DNA of 64,000 nt from Acidobacteriota bacterium (GCA_965263035.1 OZ253580.1:5984001-6048000), one strand, 5' to 3'. Positions 18,922-29,415 are shown, counted from the stretch's first letter. Numbers and translations are program-made. Notes: generated by a model not told the origin, from the letters alone.

Positions 18922-19722
18922 GTGAATCTGGAGAAGATCCTGCTGCATCTGAAACTGGACGGTTTCTGCGTGGTGGAAGGGGTCGTTCCGCCGGAAGACG
19001 TCCAGACCATTCGGCGCGAGGTCGAGGCCGTCATGGCCGCGCAGGGTTCGGCCGATACCTATGAGGGTGTGAGCAGCGCCTTTGACGTGCTGGACTCGAT
19101 CCCGACGTTTCTGCCCTATCTGGCCAACGAAAAGGTCATGGCCGTGGCTCGGGAATGGTTCGGCGACCATGTGCGGATCTCCTACACGGGCAGCATGATC
19201 ACCGAACCGGGAAACGAGCGGGGCCGCTGGCACGCGGACTGGCCCTACAACCAGGAGAAGGCTGCGCATGTCCCGGCTCCCTACCCCGACTACCCGTTCC
19301 AACTCTCCTCCATCTGGATGATTTCCGAATTTACCGACGAAAACGGCGGCACCTGGATCGTCCCCGGCAGTCACCGGACGTCCGACAACCCCACCGGCGA
19401 CATCGGGGTTCCCCTGTTCGAACCCTATCCCACCGAGCGGCACGCCACCGGACCGGCCGGCAGCGTCGTTCTCTTCGACAGCCGGCTCTGGCATGCCACG
19501 GCGAGCAACGAGAGCAACGGACGCCGCATCAGCATGATCGTGCGCTACATTCCCTGGTGGCTGGACATCCGGGTCCTGATGCCGGGCACCACGGCGCGCC
19601 GGACCATGGTGGACGAGCCGGGCTTGCTGGAGAACGAGATCCCCCCGGTGAAGCCGGACGTGTACGAACGCCTCCCGGAATCTGTGAAGCCACTTTACCG
19701 CCATTGGGTCGGGAGTTCCTGA
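18922..19722 (+). CDS. Phytanoyl-CoA dioxygenase (PhyH) family protein
   Basis: DGFCVVEGV, WHAD, NGGTWIVPGSH, GSVVLFDSRLWH, N.S...R; start taken at GTG after GGGAG. Confidence 0.9.
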   Translation: MNLEKILLHLKLDGFCVVEGVVPPEDVQTIRREVEAVMAAQGSADTYEGVSSAFDVLDSIPTFLPYLANEKVMAVAREWFGDHVRISYTGSMITEPGNERGRWHADWPYNQEKAAHVPAPYPDYPFQLSSIWMISEFTDENGGTWIVPGSHRTSDNPTGDIGVPLFEPYPTERHATGPAGSVVLFDSRLWHATASNESNGRRISMIVRYIPWWLDIRVLMPGTTARRTMVDEPGLLENEIPPVKPDVYERLPESVKPLYRHWVGSS

Positions 19723-19767
19723 AGCTTTCCTCGAATCTGTCTGACCTGAAGACGAGTCCAACCGGCC

Positions 19768-20571
19768 ATGAACATGCATCGAGCGGCGGATACGCCGAGC
19801 GCCTTTCGGGAACGGTGGAACGGCTGGCTCAATTTTCCCCTGGCAGGCTCCCTGATTCCCTTCTCCTACCAGTTCCCTCCCCTGGATCGTCTGGTGGACA
19901 CCGTCCGCCAGGATGAGGAGGCGCGGATCCTCGGCGGGCGACGGGGAGACCGCATGGACGAGACCGACATCTCGCGGAGCTTCCGTTCCCTCCCCATCCA
20001 GGAAGCCCTGGATTCCCCATTCCAGATGTCCCATTTCGACCTTTCCCGGTTCCAGGGACCGGGCGGGATCCTGGATGGATTGGAAGAGCAGGTGATGGTT
20101 CCCTGGAAGGATTTCCTCTGCTCGGCCGGTTTCACCTGGCGGCGATGCTTCCCCATCCTCTTCATCTCGGGTCCCGGCTGCGCCACCAACTACCACATGG
20201 ACCTCTCCCACGTCCTGGCTTGGCAGATCTACGGGACCAAGCACTTCCATGGTCTGACGGACCCCGGCCACTGGGCGCCCCTGGACGAGGTGGTCCAGGA
20301 AGCCCGCCGGGAGGAGTTGTCCAAGCCTCGAGGTCTTCAGCCTCGTGATGTCCTCACCTTCGTCATGGCCCCGGGGGACTGCCTCTGGAACCAGCTCCTG
20401 ACTCCCCATTGGGTGGAAGCGAGTTCGGAGACGGCCGTGAGCCTGAACCTTTCCCACGGAGGGTTGCGCTACGAGGGGTGCCTCGCACCTCAGGAGCAGG
20501 CCCTGGAGGAATGGTGGAAAGCCCATCCCGACGAAGTCTGGCTGGGTCCGCCGCATCTGCTTGAGGAATAG
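19768..20571 (+). CDS. Cupin/JmjC-like 2OG-Fe(II) oxygenase
   Basis: FISGPG..TNYHMD...WQIYGTK...PGD.L......PHWV (HxD...H triad). Confidence 0.8.
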   Translation: MNMHRAADTPSAFRERWNGWLNFPLAGSLIPFSYQFPPLDRLVDTVRQDEEARILGGRRGDRMDETDISRSFRSLPIQEALDSPFQMSHFDLSRFQGPGGILDGLEEQVMVPWKDFLCSAGFTWRRCFPILFISGPGCATNYHMDLSHVLAWQIYGTKHFHGLTDPGHWAPLDEVVQEARREELSKPRGLQPRDVLTFVMAPGDCLWNQLLTPHWVEASSETAVSLNLSHGGLRYEGCLAPQEQALEEWWKAHPDEVWLGPPHLLEE

Positions 20572-20696
20572 GAGTGGCGACTTTCCTGCCGCCCGCTGGG
20601 AGGGGCGACTTTCTTGTCGCCTGCTCCGGACTGTACAGGGGGGACTTCCAGTCCCCTCTTCCCCCCAATCGGCGACAAGAAAGCCGCCGCTCCATG
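20569..20696. repeat. Cluster of REP-like palindromes (GGAG-GGCGACTTTC family)
   Basis: TAGGAGTGGCGACTTTCCTGCCGCC, TGGGAGGGGCGACTTTCTTGTCGCC, GGGGACTTCCAGTCCCC and an inverted GGCGACAAGAAAGCCGCCGCTCC. Confidence 0.7.
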
Positions 20697-20716
20697 TGGG
20701 AGAAGATCCGTCTAAA

Positions 20717-21628
20717 ATGGGGCCCATGTTCAACGGATTCACCCGCACCCGGATCGACGCCGACGGCACCTCCGTCCATCTCGTCCACGGCGGAGAGGGT
20801 CCTCCGCTTCTCCTCCTTCACGGATACCCCCAGACCCACGTCATGTGGCACAAGGTGGCTCCGCTACTGGCGCCGCACTTCACCGTGGTCGCACCCGACC
20901 TGCGAGGCTACGGAGACAGCGGCAAGCCCCCTGCACGCCCGGGCGATCTGAGCGTCTACTGCAAACGGACCACGGCCAACGACCAGGTCCAGGTCATGGC
21001 CCGGCTCGGCTTCGATTCCTTCCACGTCGTGGGCCACGATCGCGGCGCCCGGGTCGGGCACCGGATGGCTCTAGACCATCCGGACCGGGTCAGGACCCTG
21101 ACCTCCCTGGACGTAGTCCCCTCCCAGGCGGCCTTCGACAGGATGGACAAGGACCTGTCTTTTGCGTGGTTTCACTGGCATTTAATGCGGCAACCCGAAC
21201 CTTTTCCTGAAACTCTCATCGGCAACAGCGCCAAGTTCTACCTGGACTTCCTGCTGGAGCGGTGGTGCGGCATCGAAGGGTCCATCACCCAAGAGGCCTA
21301 CGACGAGTACCTGAGGTGCTTCTCCGACCCCGAGACGATCCGCGCCACCTGTCTGGACTACCGGGGAATCGCGCTGGATCTGGTCCACGACGAGGAGGAC
21401 CGGGGGCGGCGGCTGACTTGCCCGGTGCTGGCGCTGTGGGGGAGCGACACCTCCAAGCGTCCCGGATGGCAGACCGGAGCCAGCCTGGATATGCTCACGG
21501 TCTGGCGTGAGCGAGCCGAGGACGTCCGGGGCCGAGGCTTGGCTTGCGGGCACTTCCTCCCCGAGGAGCTGCCCTGGGAGACGGCCGACGAGATCATGAG
21601 GTTTTTGGGAGTCCTCCCGGCTTCTTGA
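20717..21628 (+). CDS. Alpha/beta hydrolase, haloacetate (fluoroacetate) dehalogenase-like
   Basis: LLHGYPQTH, GHDRGARV nucleophile motif, WFHW, CLDYR, CGHFLPEE. Confidence 0.85.
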   Translation: MGPMFNGFTRTRIDADGTSVHLVHGGEGPPLLLLHGYPQTHVMWHKVAPLLAPHFTVVAPDLRGYGDSGKPPARPGDLSVYCKRTTANDQVQVMARLGFDSFHVVGHDRGARVGHRMALDHPDRVRTLTSLDVVPSQAAFDRMDKDLSFAWFHWHLMRQPEPFPETLIGNSAKFYLDFLLERWCGIEGSITQEAYDEYLRCFSDPETIRATCLDYRGIALDLVHDEEDRGRRLTCPVLALWGSDTSKRPGWQTGASLDMLTVWRERAEDVRGRGLACGHFLPEELPWETADEIMRFLGVLPAS

Positions 21629-21666
21629 GCCATCGAACCGATCCCTGGATTGAAGGAGACAACCTG

Positions 21667-22965
21667 ATGAAGAGACTTCCCTGCCAGTCGATAGTCCTGA
21701 CCGCCCTTGTAATTGGAGTCACTGCCTGCCAGCCGGCTCCCGAACCGGAGATGCAAACCGACGCGCCCACGGTCCGGTTGGAAGTGGGTGAACCCGTGAC
21801 CGTGCCCACCGACCAACACCCGGGCATTTCGGTCGGTCCTCGGCTCGTGACCCTCCCGGACGGAAGAGTCCTGGTGGGACGTGGAGAGGTTTCCTTGACC
21901 ACCAGGGACTCGGGGGTCACATGGGACGTCGGCCCGGCCATCGCCAGGCCACACCTGTTGCCTCTCCGAGACGGAAGCTACTTCTTCCTGAAAGGCCGGG
22001 GCGTGCCAAGCGACGAGCCGGGCCTGTTCTCCCTGGAAATGGCGCGTGTCCAGTCCCTGGATCAAGACGCGACCGACGAACGGATCTCCTGGTCCGGCGC
22101 CACGGCGCGCGTGGACCGGTGGTCCCCGCTGACGGCCGACAACGAGACCGAGGTGGACTACTTGGGCGTGGGGGGGCCCTTTCTGGAGTTGGAGGACGGG
22201 ACCCTGCTGGCCGCGTGCTACGGAAATTTCAAGGGCGATACGGTTCCCATGGTGGGATTTCCCGCCACCAGCGGCCAGAAATGGTTCAAGTACCGGACCT
22301 ATCTGCTGGCCTCCAGCGACGATGGCGCCAACTGGGAGTACCTCTCCACCATCGCTTACGACGGGGACACGGGTCAGGAGAGCTTCTGCGAACCGGCCAT
22401 GGTGGATCTGGGTGGCGGCGAGCTCCTGGCGGTGATGCGGACCGGCCGCTTCGCACCCATGTACCAGGCCCGCTCCCTGGACGGAGGCAAGACCTGGCTG
22501 AAGCCGGAATCGACCCACATCCTGGGCTTGGCGCCGCAGATGGTCCTGCTGGAGAACGGTGCTCTGGTGTGCAGCTTCGGCTGGCGGCGGCTCAAGGTGG
22601 GCTACGGCCATGGACTCAACGACCAGGGCGGACCCTACCCCGCCGCGGCCCGGGACTATCAGGAACGATATCGCCACGACGTGGGAATCGAGGACCCGTC
22701 CGAGACCGCCGGCGACTACGTGATGGTCAGCCTGGACAAGGGAAAGACCTGGTCCGAACCCCGCAAGATCGCGGAGCCTCTGACCTCCGGATATACCCTG
22801 CTGGCCGCCACCGGGCCCGACACCATCCTGGTGATCTCAGCGAGACTCACCATCCCCGGCCAGTCGCAGGAGCGTCACCTGGAAATCTGGGAACGGGAAT
22901 GGCCCCAGTGGTCCGACCAGTCCGAAGTGGTCCGGGTAGCCCGAAAGATCCGCGTCGTCCTGTAA
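21667..22965 (+). CDS. BNR/Asp-box (sialidase-like) lipoprotein
   Basis: Lipobox VTAC; Asp boxes TRDSGVTW, SSDDGANW, SLDGGKTW, SLDKGKTW. Confidence 0.82.
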   Translation: MKRLPCQSIVLTALVIGVTACQPAPEPEMQTDAPTVRLEVGEPVTVPTDQHPGISVGPRLVTLPDGRVLVGRGEVSLTTRDSGVTWDVGPAIARPHLLPLRDGSYFFLKGRGVPSDEPGLFSLEMARVQSLDQDATDERISWSGATARVDRWSPLTADNETEVDYLGVGGPFLELEDGTLLAACYGNFKGDTVPMVGFPATSGQKWFKYRTYLLASSDDGANWEYLSTIAYDGDTGQESFCEPAMVDLGGGELLAVMRTGRFAPMYQARSLDGGKTWLKPESTHILGLAPQMVLLENGALVCSFGWRRLKVGYGHGLNDQGGPYPAAARDYQERYRHDVGIEDPSETAGDYVMVSLDKGKTWSEPRKIAEPLTSGYTLLAATGPDTILVISARLTIPGQSQERHLEIWEREWPQWSDQSEVVRVARKIRVVL

Positions 22966-22967
22966 CG

Positions 22968-23292
22968 GTAGGAGGGGGAACATCCTTGTCCCCCACAGGA
23001 GAGGGGACATCCTGTCCCCTCGTGAATCGGGAGTTAAAAACCCTCGGTCCTTGGCGTGTGGCGACCTGTTTTTGCTATGGATAGTAAAAACTGACGTGTT
23101 TTTTCCATCTATAGCAAATAACTCCCGATTCCACATAGATTGAGCCCAGCCATTTTGTCGACTCGACCATGACCGGGAGCGTAAGGATGGTAGGAGGGGG
23201 GACATCCTTGTCCCCCACTCTTTCTCGTTTCCCCATTGGGAGGGAACATTCCTGTCCCCCAAGAATCGGGGGTTAAAAACCCCCGCTCCCAT
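22968..23292. repeat. BIME-like REP cluster between convergent genes
   Basis: Four GGAGGGG(G/A)ACAT(C/T)C(T)TGTCCCC-type units and two GAATCGGG(A/G)GTTAAAAACCC units; same family at 61795-61868. Confidence 0.75.
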
Positions 23293-24275
23293 CAGGCGTG
23301 AACCGCTTCGATTCCCTGGGCAGCCCTGATCTCGGCCTCCTCCCATTCCGGAAGCCGCCGGGCGTACTCGTGCGCCTGAGCGACGAAGTCCACCCCGGCC
23401 AATCGCATCCACGCCTCGGTGAGACGCCGGAAGACGGGACCCGGGCGTCCATCCCCCACCGTCTGTCCCTCGAAACTGGCGGCGTGGACCAGGGAGTAGG
23501 TGGTCGCCGTGCAGAAGATCTCGTCGGCCTGCAAGGCCTCATACCGGCCCAGGTTCGCCTCCTGCACCGGAATCCCCAACTCATTCGCCAAGTCGATCGT
23601 GGTTCCGCGGGAGACTCCCAGCAGGATGTTTCGTCCCTCGGGCGTCAGAAGAACGCCGTCCCGGACCAGGAAGATGTTCCAACCGGGACCCTCGGCCAGG
23701 AAACCGTCCGGGTCCATGAGGACGGGCCACTTGTTCTCACCCATTCGAGCGCCCTGCAACACCGCAAACTGGTAGTGCAGGCGGCTGCGGGTCTTGGCCT
23801 TGGCATCCACCAGATGAGCCGGCAGCGCCTGCTGGGACGCGATCACCACATCCACTCCCCGCTCATAGTTGGGCGCGAAGTGACCCATGTGGGTGACCAG
23901 GGGCCAGCAGTTGATGGAGACGGTGGGCTGCACGCCCTTGGGGAACGCACTTCGGTATAGAGACAGCGGCCCGCGCGACACGTCGTGCATGATCTGCCAG
24001 TCCATGTCGGGCGGCTCGGTCGGGAAATTCCGCTCCAGAGTCTCCAAGGTCAGATCGAACATCTCCTGTGCCGTCATGCCGGGATCGATCTCCAGCAACC
24101 GGAGAGACGCATAGAGACGATCCAGGTGATGTTTCAGACAAAACGGCTTCCCCCCGAACGTCCGGGCCACCTCGAAGGCCATGTCTCCGAACATGAGGGA
24201 CGAGTCGAAAATGGAGACCCGGGCCTCGGACTCGGGCACGAACTCACCGTTGAAATAGACGATTCTTCCTGACAT
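23292..24275 (-). CDS. Class IV aminotransferase (branched-chain/D-amino acid type)
   Basis: YFNGEFVP...VSIFD...GD..FE, HLDRL, AK.RSRL, EGPGWNIF, ILLGVSR, ADEIF; RBS GGAGG before ATG 24275. Confidence 0.9.
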   Translation of the reverse strand: MSGRIVYFNGEFVPESEARVSIFDSSLMFGDMAFEVARTFGGKPFCLKHHLDRLYASLRLLEIDPGMTAQEMFDLTLETLERNFPTEPPDMDWQIMHDVSRGPLSLYRSAFPKGVQPTVSINCWPLVTHMGHFAPNYERGVDVVIASQQALPAHLVDAKAKTRSRLHYQFAVLQGARMGENKWPVLMDPDGFLAEGPGWNIFLVRDGVLLTPEGRNILLGVSRGTTIDLANELGIPVQEANLGRYEALQADEIFCTATTYSLVHAASFEGQTVGDGRPGPVFRRLTEAWMRLAGVDFVAQAHEYARRLPEWEEAEIRAAQGIEAVHA

Positions 24276-24376
24276 CAGCACTCCTCCAAGAGACCGATTG
24301 TACCCGTTTGGCTCGTCTTTCTCACGCCCGGCGCCAAGCCCGAGAGTCGAGAATCCTAGTGTAGCCGGAATGAGTT

Positions 24377-25708
24377 CTACCGAGGCATCCCTTGAATATA
24401 GGTGCTCACGCCCTGGGTAAAATCGTCCTCGACCTGATCGGTGAAGGGCGTGACGCGCCCGGGTTCGTAGCCTCCTTCCGAGAAAGCCTGCCGGGTGGGC
24501 AGATACCCCAGAAAACCATTCGTATAGCCGACGAAGAATGTGTAGGGAAAGGGAGAATGGTTGCGTACGGCGATGGCGATCTCGCAGAAAAGCTCGACCG
24601 GCGCCGTCCATAGGACAAGATCCTGGTTGATCTTCAGGAAGCGTACCGGGACCCGAATCAGGCTCACTCCGGTTTCCGTCACCCGAAGGTAATGTGCCAG
24701 CTCCTCGACCCAGCCGAAGCCTGCCTTGCGGGGAGTCTCGATGACCGTTTCACCAGTCCACAATACGACCTTCGAAGTGCCGCTCTTCAGTGAGCGGTTC
24801 GCCTGCAGGATTCGATCCCCCAGCAACACGTTGAACTGGGTAATGTGACCTCTTTTGAAATTCGGACGAGTGCTGTAGATGGGGGCGATATTCCCGGCCG
24901 CACCGTTGATGTACAGCATCGGCGCACCCAGCTTTTCCTCCACGTACTCCGCCACAATCCCCTGGGCATCTCCACTGATCAAGAGATTTTCGGACCCGAG
25001 AACGGTCCCGTGCATGGCATATTTGGCAATCAGAGCCAGCGGCGACCCGTCCAACCGGTCCAGCCGAATCAGCCCGATCTGACGGTCCACCGGTCCGTCC
25101 GGATTCATTCCCAGGGAGGCGCTTCCATCAACGTCGATGGCACGCCGGTTGATATTCGCCATCGAAAAACCGGTCGTCACTCCCAGACGCGCCGGTTCCA
25201 GTTTTGATCGAGCCTCCCGAATGCCCGCGATCAATCTGGTTTTCACCATCTCGGAATATTCAGGGTTGGGCTCGTGCAAGTATCTGCTGGCCAGCATGAT
25301 CTTGATGATTCCCGGCGAGCCCACCTCGGGAGCCGAGTGGGTGTGCGTCAGGGTCCACCACACCTGCTCGGACTTGATCCCCGTCTCCGTCTCCAATTCT
25401 CTGGAAAACTGTTCGTAGAAGGCAGGAGAAATGGCGGCCAGATCCGAGGAGACGAGAAAGAACTGCATCTTCCCATCATCCATTGCGGCGATTCGATGAT
25501 AGAGGCGGTCGTGTATACCCTCAGACTTCCTTGGGCCGTAGCCCAACAGCCACTGGGGTGTTTCCGGGGTGATATCGACTTTTACGCAGGAGGCCCGGAA
25601 ATCCCCGGAGGCGGCTCCAAGGAGCGCTCCCGCAACGGCCATGACCAAAATAGGTACGAAGATTTTTGAGCTGTGAAACAGTTTCATTGTCGGAATATAT
25701 CTCGCCAT
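24377..25708 (-). CDS. Neutral/alkaline ceramidase N-terminal domain protein
   Basis: KVDITP, LLGY, GIHDRLY, THTHSAP, NINRR, GPVD, HGT, NGAAGN, GYTNG..GYLPT...GGYE. Confidence 0.85.
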   Translation of the reverse strand: MARYIPTMKLFHSSKIFVPILVMAVAGALLGAASGDFRASCVKVDITPETPQWLLGYGPRKSEGIHDRLYHRIAAMDDGKMQFFLVSSDLAAISPAFYEQFSRELETETGIKSEQVWWTLTHTHSAPEVGSPGIIKIMLASRYLHEPNPEYSEMVKTRLIAGIREARSKLEPARLGVTTGFSMANINRRAIDVDGSASLGMNPDGPVDRQIGLIRLDRLDGSPLALIAKYAMHGTVLGSENLLISGDAQGIVAEYVEEKLGAPMLYINGAAGNIAPIYSTRPNFKRGHITQFNVLLGDRILQANRSLKSGTSKVVLWTGETVIETPRKAGFGWVEELAHYLRVTETGVSLIRVPVRFLKINQDLVLWTAPVELFCEIAIAVRNHSPFPYTFFVGYTNGFLGYLPTRQAFSEGGYEPGRVTPFTDQVEDDFTQGVSTYIQGMPR

Positions 25709-25798
25709 AACAAACTCCCGCGTTTGAGGACTTTGGATCGGAACCCATTTTCAGGTCTCATTGAATACGTTCGACGCACGGGACAGGACGTCGCATTC

Positions 25799-27745
25799 TC
25801 ACTCAGCGCCGACCGGAACGCTGATCCGACGCCGGTCCACACCGCCTCGGGTCGAATGAATCGCCACCTCCGCCTCCACCGACTCGATGCCCTTGAGCCG
25901 CACCCTCCAGGCCACGGTCCGGTTCTGCGCCGGATCCAGCCAACCCGCTTCGATGTCCTTGCTGCGAAGGGACGGCTCCAGGACCTTTACCTTCCCGCTC
26001 TCAAAAAGCTCTTCGCCGAACTTGATCCGGGCCGTGTCCGGTTTCACGATCTTGATCCGCCGGGCCTGGACCAGGGCCGTGGGGAGATGGCCCACATTAC
26101 GGTAGGTAAGCTCGATGGAATAGTCCCCGGGGGCCAGAGGCCTCACCCGGACCCGTGAAATTCGGACCTGAGGGAGTTGTTTCGCCAGGAACAGATTGAA
26201 CCGGGTGCTCTTGAGCGCCCATTCCTCGAGCAGGTCCACGGGCGGATTCCAGAAGGCGAACTTGGGCGTGAATCCCCCGATCTCCACTTCTCCCAACTGG
26301 GGATGTGCGATCTTCTTCCAGGGAATGAACTCCTTGCCGCCGCGCTCCCGGTCGTTCCAGACCAGGGCGTCGTAGTCATCCAGCCTGCCGTCCTGGTCGT
26401 AGTCCTCCATTCGGCCGATGTTCCAGAGCTCGTCGTTGTACCAGATGGAGCCGAAGTAGAAATATCCGAAGTCGGGCCCGTGGCCAAACAGCGGGAGGGG
26501 CCGGCTCGGCTCACCGGTGATGACATGGAAGGGATGGACGTTCCGGTAGTCCTCGTAGACGTCGCCGGCCCAAGGATATCCCGAGATTTCCTTCGCCTGC
26601 TGGTCGAGGTAGAGGTACCACTTGAGGTCGTCCGGGGCCATGCTCTCCTGGCTGCGGCTGGTGGAGGGAGGACGCAGGTGCATGGCCATGGGCGTGTCCA
26701 TGGACTGGCCGATGGCCACGTTGGGATGGGTCAGGAGGAAGAGGACCACGGCCCGCGTCTCCGGCTCGGACAGGGGGTATTCGCCCGCGCCCACCTGGGT
26801 GAACCCCCGGCCGGTGGCGTCCCGGCCCGGTTCCGGCCGCCAGTTCTCCGGATAGTTGCGGTGCAGGTCCAAACCGCCGATCCCGTCCTCGTTGAATTTG
26901 CCGTCGCCGTCGTTGTCCACGCCCTCCGGGTCGACCTGCCAGTCCCCCTCCCCCTCGGGCACCATCTTCATGAGCCGGTCCGGGTCTCTCGGGTCCCGGA
27001 TGGCGTTTCCCTTCCCCTCTCCCACATGGTGGCGCATCTGCAGCAGGAGCCCGTCGCCGTCCAGATCCTCCCCCGGGTCCTCGTCCAGGAGGCCGTCCCG
27101 GTCCGTGTCGTGGGGACGCACCGAGCTGCGGTTGGTCTGGGCCGTGTGCAGGAAGAGCTCGGTGCCGTCGGGATTGTTCACCGGGCGCAGGTAGAAGGCC
27201 TTCGTATCTACCAGGTGGGTGATCTCGGGGTCCTTCCCGTACCCGCTCACCAGTTGGTGGATGAGCTGGACGATGGAGACGGAGCTGGTGATCTCACCCG
27301 AATGCCGCCCCCCTTCGGCGAACATGGCCGGCTTGTCCGTATCCTTGCCCGTCTCCCGATGGGTGACGGTCACCTGCCAGATTTCGCGGCCCTCGAAGCT
27401 CCGGCCCACCGAGTAGAGCTCCAATATCTGCGGATACTCGCGGGCCCACTTCTGGAGGAAACCGTGGATCTCGCCATAGGTGGGATAGTGCCGGAAGTCC
27501 AGTTCTCCTTCCTTCAGAGGCTTCACTTCCGGGTAATGGACCCGGGGAAAGAAACTGGGACCGTCCCGTTTGCCCCCGACCCGATAGGTCTCCGCCGCCT
27601 CTTCGTCCCCAGTCTCTGAATCAGGTTGGGATTGCTCCCCGAGCCCAACTCCCGTGCTACCCGCTGCCAGGATCGTGGCAAGGATCCAGGTCAGGTTCTT
27701 CCCGCTCATCTTCATGCCGTGCCACCTCCGACGCCGAGAACGCAC
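25799..27745 (-). CDS. M14 family zinc carboxypeptidase
   Basis: GRSFEGREIW, HSGE, NNPDG, DLHRNYP, GEYPLSEPET; DxDGDG Ca-binding repeats; signal peptide. Confidence 0.9.
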   Translation of the reverse strand: MRSRRRRWHGMKMSGKNLTWILATILAAGSTGVGLGEQSQPDSETGDEEAAETYRVGGKRDGPSFFPRVHYPEVKPLKEGELDFRHYPTYGEIHGFLQKWAREYPQILELYSVGRSFEGREIWQVTVTHRETGKDTDKPAMFAEGGRHSGEITSSVSIVQLIHQLVSGYGKDPEITHLVDTKAFYLRPVNNPDGTELFLHTAQTNRSSVRPHDTDRDGLLDEDPGEDLDGDGLLLQMRHHVGEGKGNAIRDPRDPDRLMKMVPEGEGDWQVDPEGVDNDGDGKFNEDGIGGLDLHRNYPENWRPEPGRDATGRGFTQVGAGEYPLSEPETRAVVLFLLTHPNVAIGQSMDTPMAMHLRPPSTSRSQESMAPDDLKWYLYLDQQAKEISGYPWAGDVYEDYRNVHPFHVITGEPSRPLPLFGHGPDFGYFYFGSIWYNDELWNIGRMEDYDQDGRLDDYDALVWNDRERGGKEFIPWKKIAHPQLGEVEIGGFTPKFAFWNPPVDLLEEWALKSTRFNLFLAKQLPQVRISRVRVRPLAPGDYSIELTYRNVGHLPTALVQARRIKIVKPDTARIKFGEELFESGKVKVLEPSLRSKDIEAGWLDPAQNRTVAWRVRLKGIESVEAEVAIHSTRGGVDRRRISVPVGAE

Positions 27746-27900
27746 GACCGCATCATGCGCCCGCGTCCGGCCGAAGCCGGATCAGTTTCCTTCGCCGGCC
27801 CCGCCAATTCAAGAACGTCCGATGATCCCATTTTGACCCGAAGTTCCCGGATGGATAGACTCGCTGTCCATTCCTGGACAGAGGCACAAGGAGGACCCGG

Positions 27901-29415
27901 ATGATGAGATCAAGTCTACTCGCGGCTCTGCTGTTCGCAACACCGGCGTTGACTGCCGGCAGTCACCACGAGACCCAGACTCTGGACATCGGCGACCGGC
28001 TGGAGCTCATGGTGGACGGCTACTTGATCGACTCCATGACCGGGGACGTCCGGCTGGAGCTTCAAACCCCCACCTCCGGCGGCAGAGTGCTCCACTTCGA
28101 CAAGCCTTGGGAGGGCACGACCTGCTTCTACGTCTCGGTGGTCCATGGCGACGGCCTCTATCGCATGTACTACCGGGGCCACAGTCTCCCGTCCTCCGCG
28201 GTCCCGTCCCTCCTGGAACCGGGCGAGACCATGGTCCCCGAACATCCCGAGGTGACCTGCTACGTCGAGAGCCGGGACGGCCGGACCTGGACCAGGCCTT
28301 CTCTGGGGCTGGTGGAGTTCAACGGGTCGAAGCAGAACAACATCATCTGGGACGGCTTCGGCAACCACAACTTCATGGTCTTCCTGGACACCAATCCCAA
28401 GACTCCACCCGAGGAACGGTACAAGGCATTGGCCTCGGGGCAACCCAACCGCCCCTTGAAGCGGATGGTCGGGATGGTTTCTCCCGACGGGGTCCACTGG
28501 AAGCCGATCCGCGAGGAGCCTATCCTCACGCAACCTCCTACGGACTGGGGAGGGGACGGGATCTTCTGGGACGGGTTCAGAAACCGGTACGTCGCCTATC
28601 TGCGAGTCTGGTTTCCACCCCGTCACGTTGGATCCGCCGAGCGCCGGTTCCCCACGATCCGGGCCATCGGCCGGGCCACCTCGCCCGATTTCCTGAATTG
28701 GAGCAAGCTGGAGGACATCGAGCTGGGAGACGGTCCCCGGGACCAGTTCTACACCAACGGCATCACGGCCTACTACCGGGCGCCCCACATCTTCCTGGGC
28801 TTCCCCAAACGCTTCGTTCCCTGGCGGACCCAGCTTGCCGATTCGCCCGAGAACGGGGTTTCCGACACGGTGTTCATGACCAGCCGCGATGGCCTGAACT
28901 GGGACCGCAAGTTCCCCCAGTCCTTCATCCGGCCCGGGCGCGAGAAGAGGAACTGGCACAACCGCAACAACATGACGGCCACGGGGGTGGTCTCCACCGG
29001 AGACGATGAGATCTCCCTCTACGTGCTCCGCCACTACAAGTTCCCCACCATTCACATGGAGCGCATGGTCCTGCGCACCGACGGGTTCGTTTCCCTCAAC
29101 GCCGGCTACCGCGGAGGCGAGGTCGTGACCAAGCCCCTGACCTTCAAGGGGAGCAACTTGGTGCTCAATTTCGCCACCTCGGCGGCGGGGAGCATCCACA
29201 TCGAGATCCAGGACGAAGCGGGACGAGCGCTCCCTGGATTTGCCCTGGAGGAATCGCCGCTGGTCTGGGGGGACGACATCGAGCATACCGTCCGCTGGGA
29301 GCGGTCCCACGCCCGGGCGACGTCGAAAGAGCCGTTGAAGCGGATCGCGGGCAAACCAGTCCGGCTGCGCCTGGTGATGAAGGACGCCGACCTCTTCTCG
29401 CTACGGTTTCGTTGA
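27901..29415 (+). CDS. Secreted beta-propeller glycoside-hydrolase-like hypothetical protein
   Basis: Signal peptide; DKPWEG, YRMYYRG, SRDG..W repeats, LRTDGFVSL, C-terminal GKPVRLRLVMKDADLFSLRF. Confidence 0.75.
   Translation: MMRSSLLAALLFATPALTAGSHHETQTLDIGDRLELMVDGYLIDSMTGDVRLELQTPTSGGRVLHFDKPWEGTTCFYVSVVHGDGLYRMYYRGHSLPSSAVPSLLEPGETMVPEHPEVTCYVESRDGRTWTRPSLGLVEFNGSKQNNIIWDGFGNHNFMVFLDTNPKTPPEERYKALASGQPNRPLKRMVGMVSPDGVHWKPIREEPILTQPPTDWGGDGIFWDGFRNRYVAYLRVWFPPRHVGSAERRFPTIRAIGRATSPDFLNWSKLEDIELGDGPRDQFYTNGITAYYRAPHIFLGFPKRFVPWRTQLADSPENGVSDTVFMTSRDGLNWDRKFPQSFIRPGREKRNWHNRNNMTATGVVSTGDDEISLYVLRHYKFPTIHMERMVLRTDGFVSLNAGYRGGEVVTKPLTFKGSNLVLNFATSAAGSIHIEIQDEAGRALPGFALEESPLVWGDDIEHTVRWERSHARATSKEPLKRIAGKPVRLRLVMKDADLFSLRFR
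29131..29415 (+). repeat. 3' end of 27901 gene, repeated at 43921-44205 and 45830-45922
   Basis: 285-bp copy with about 22 mostly synonymous differences (hand count); a third 93-bp copy also ends at a stop codon. Confidence 0.92.
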
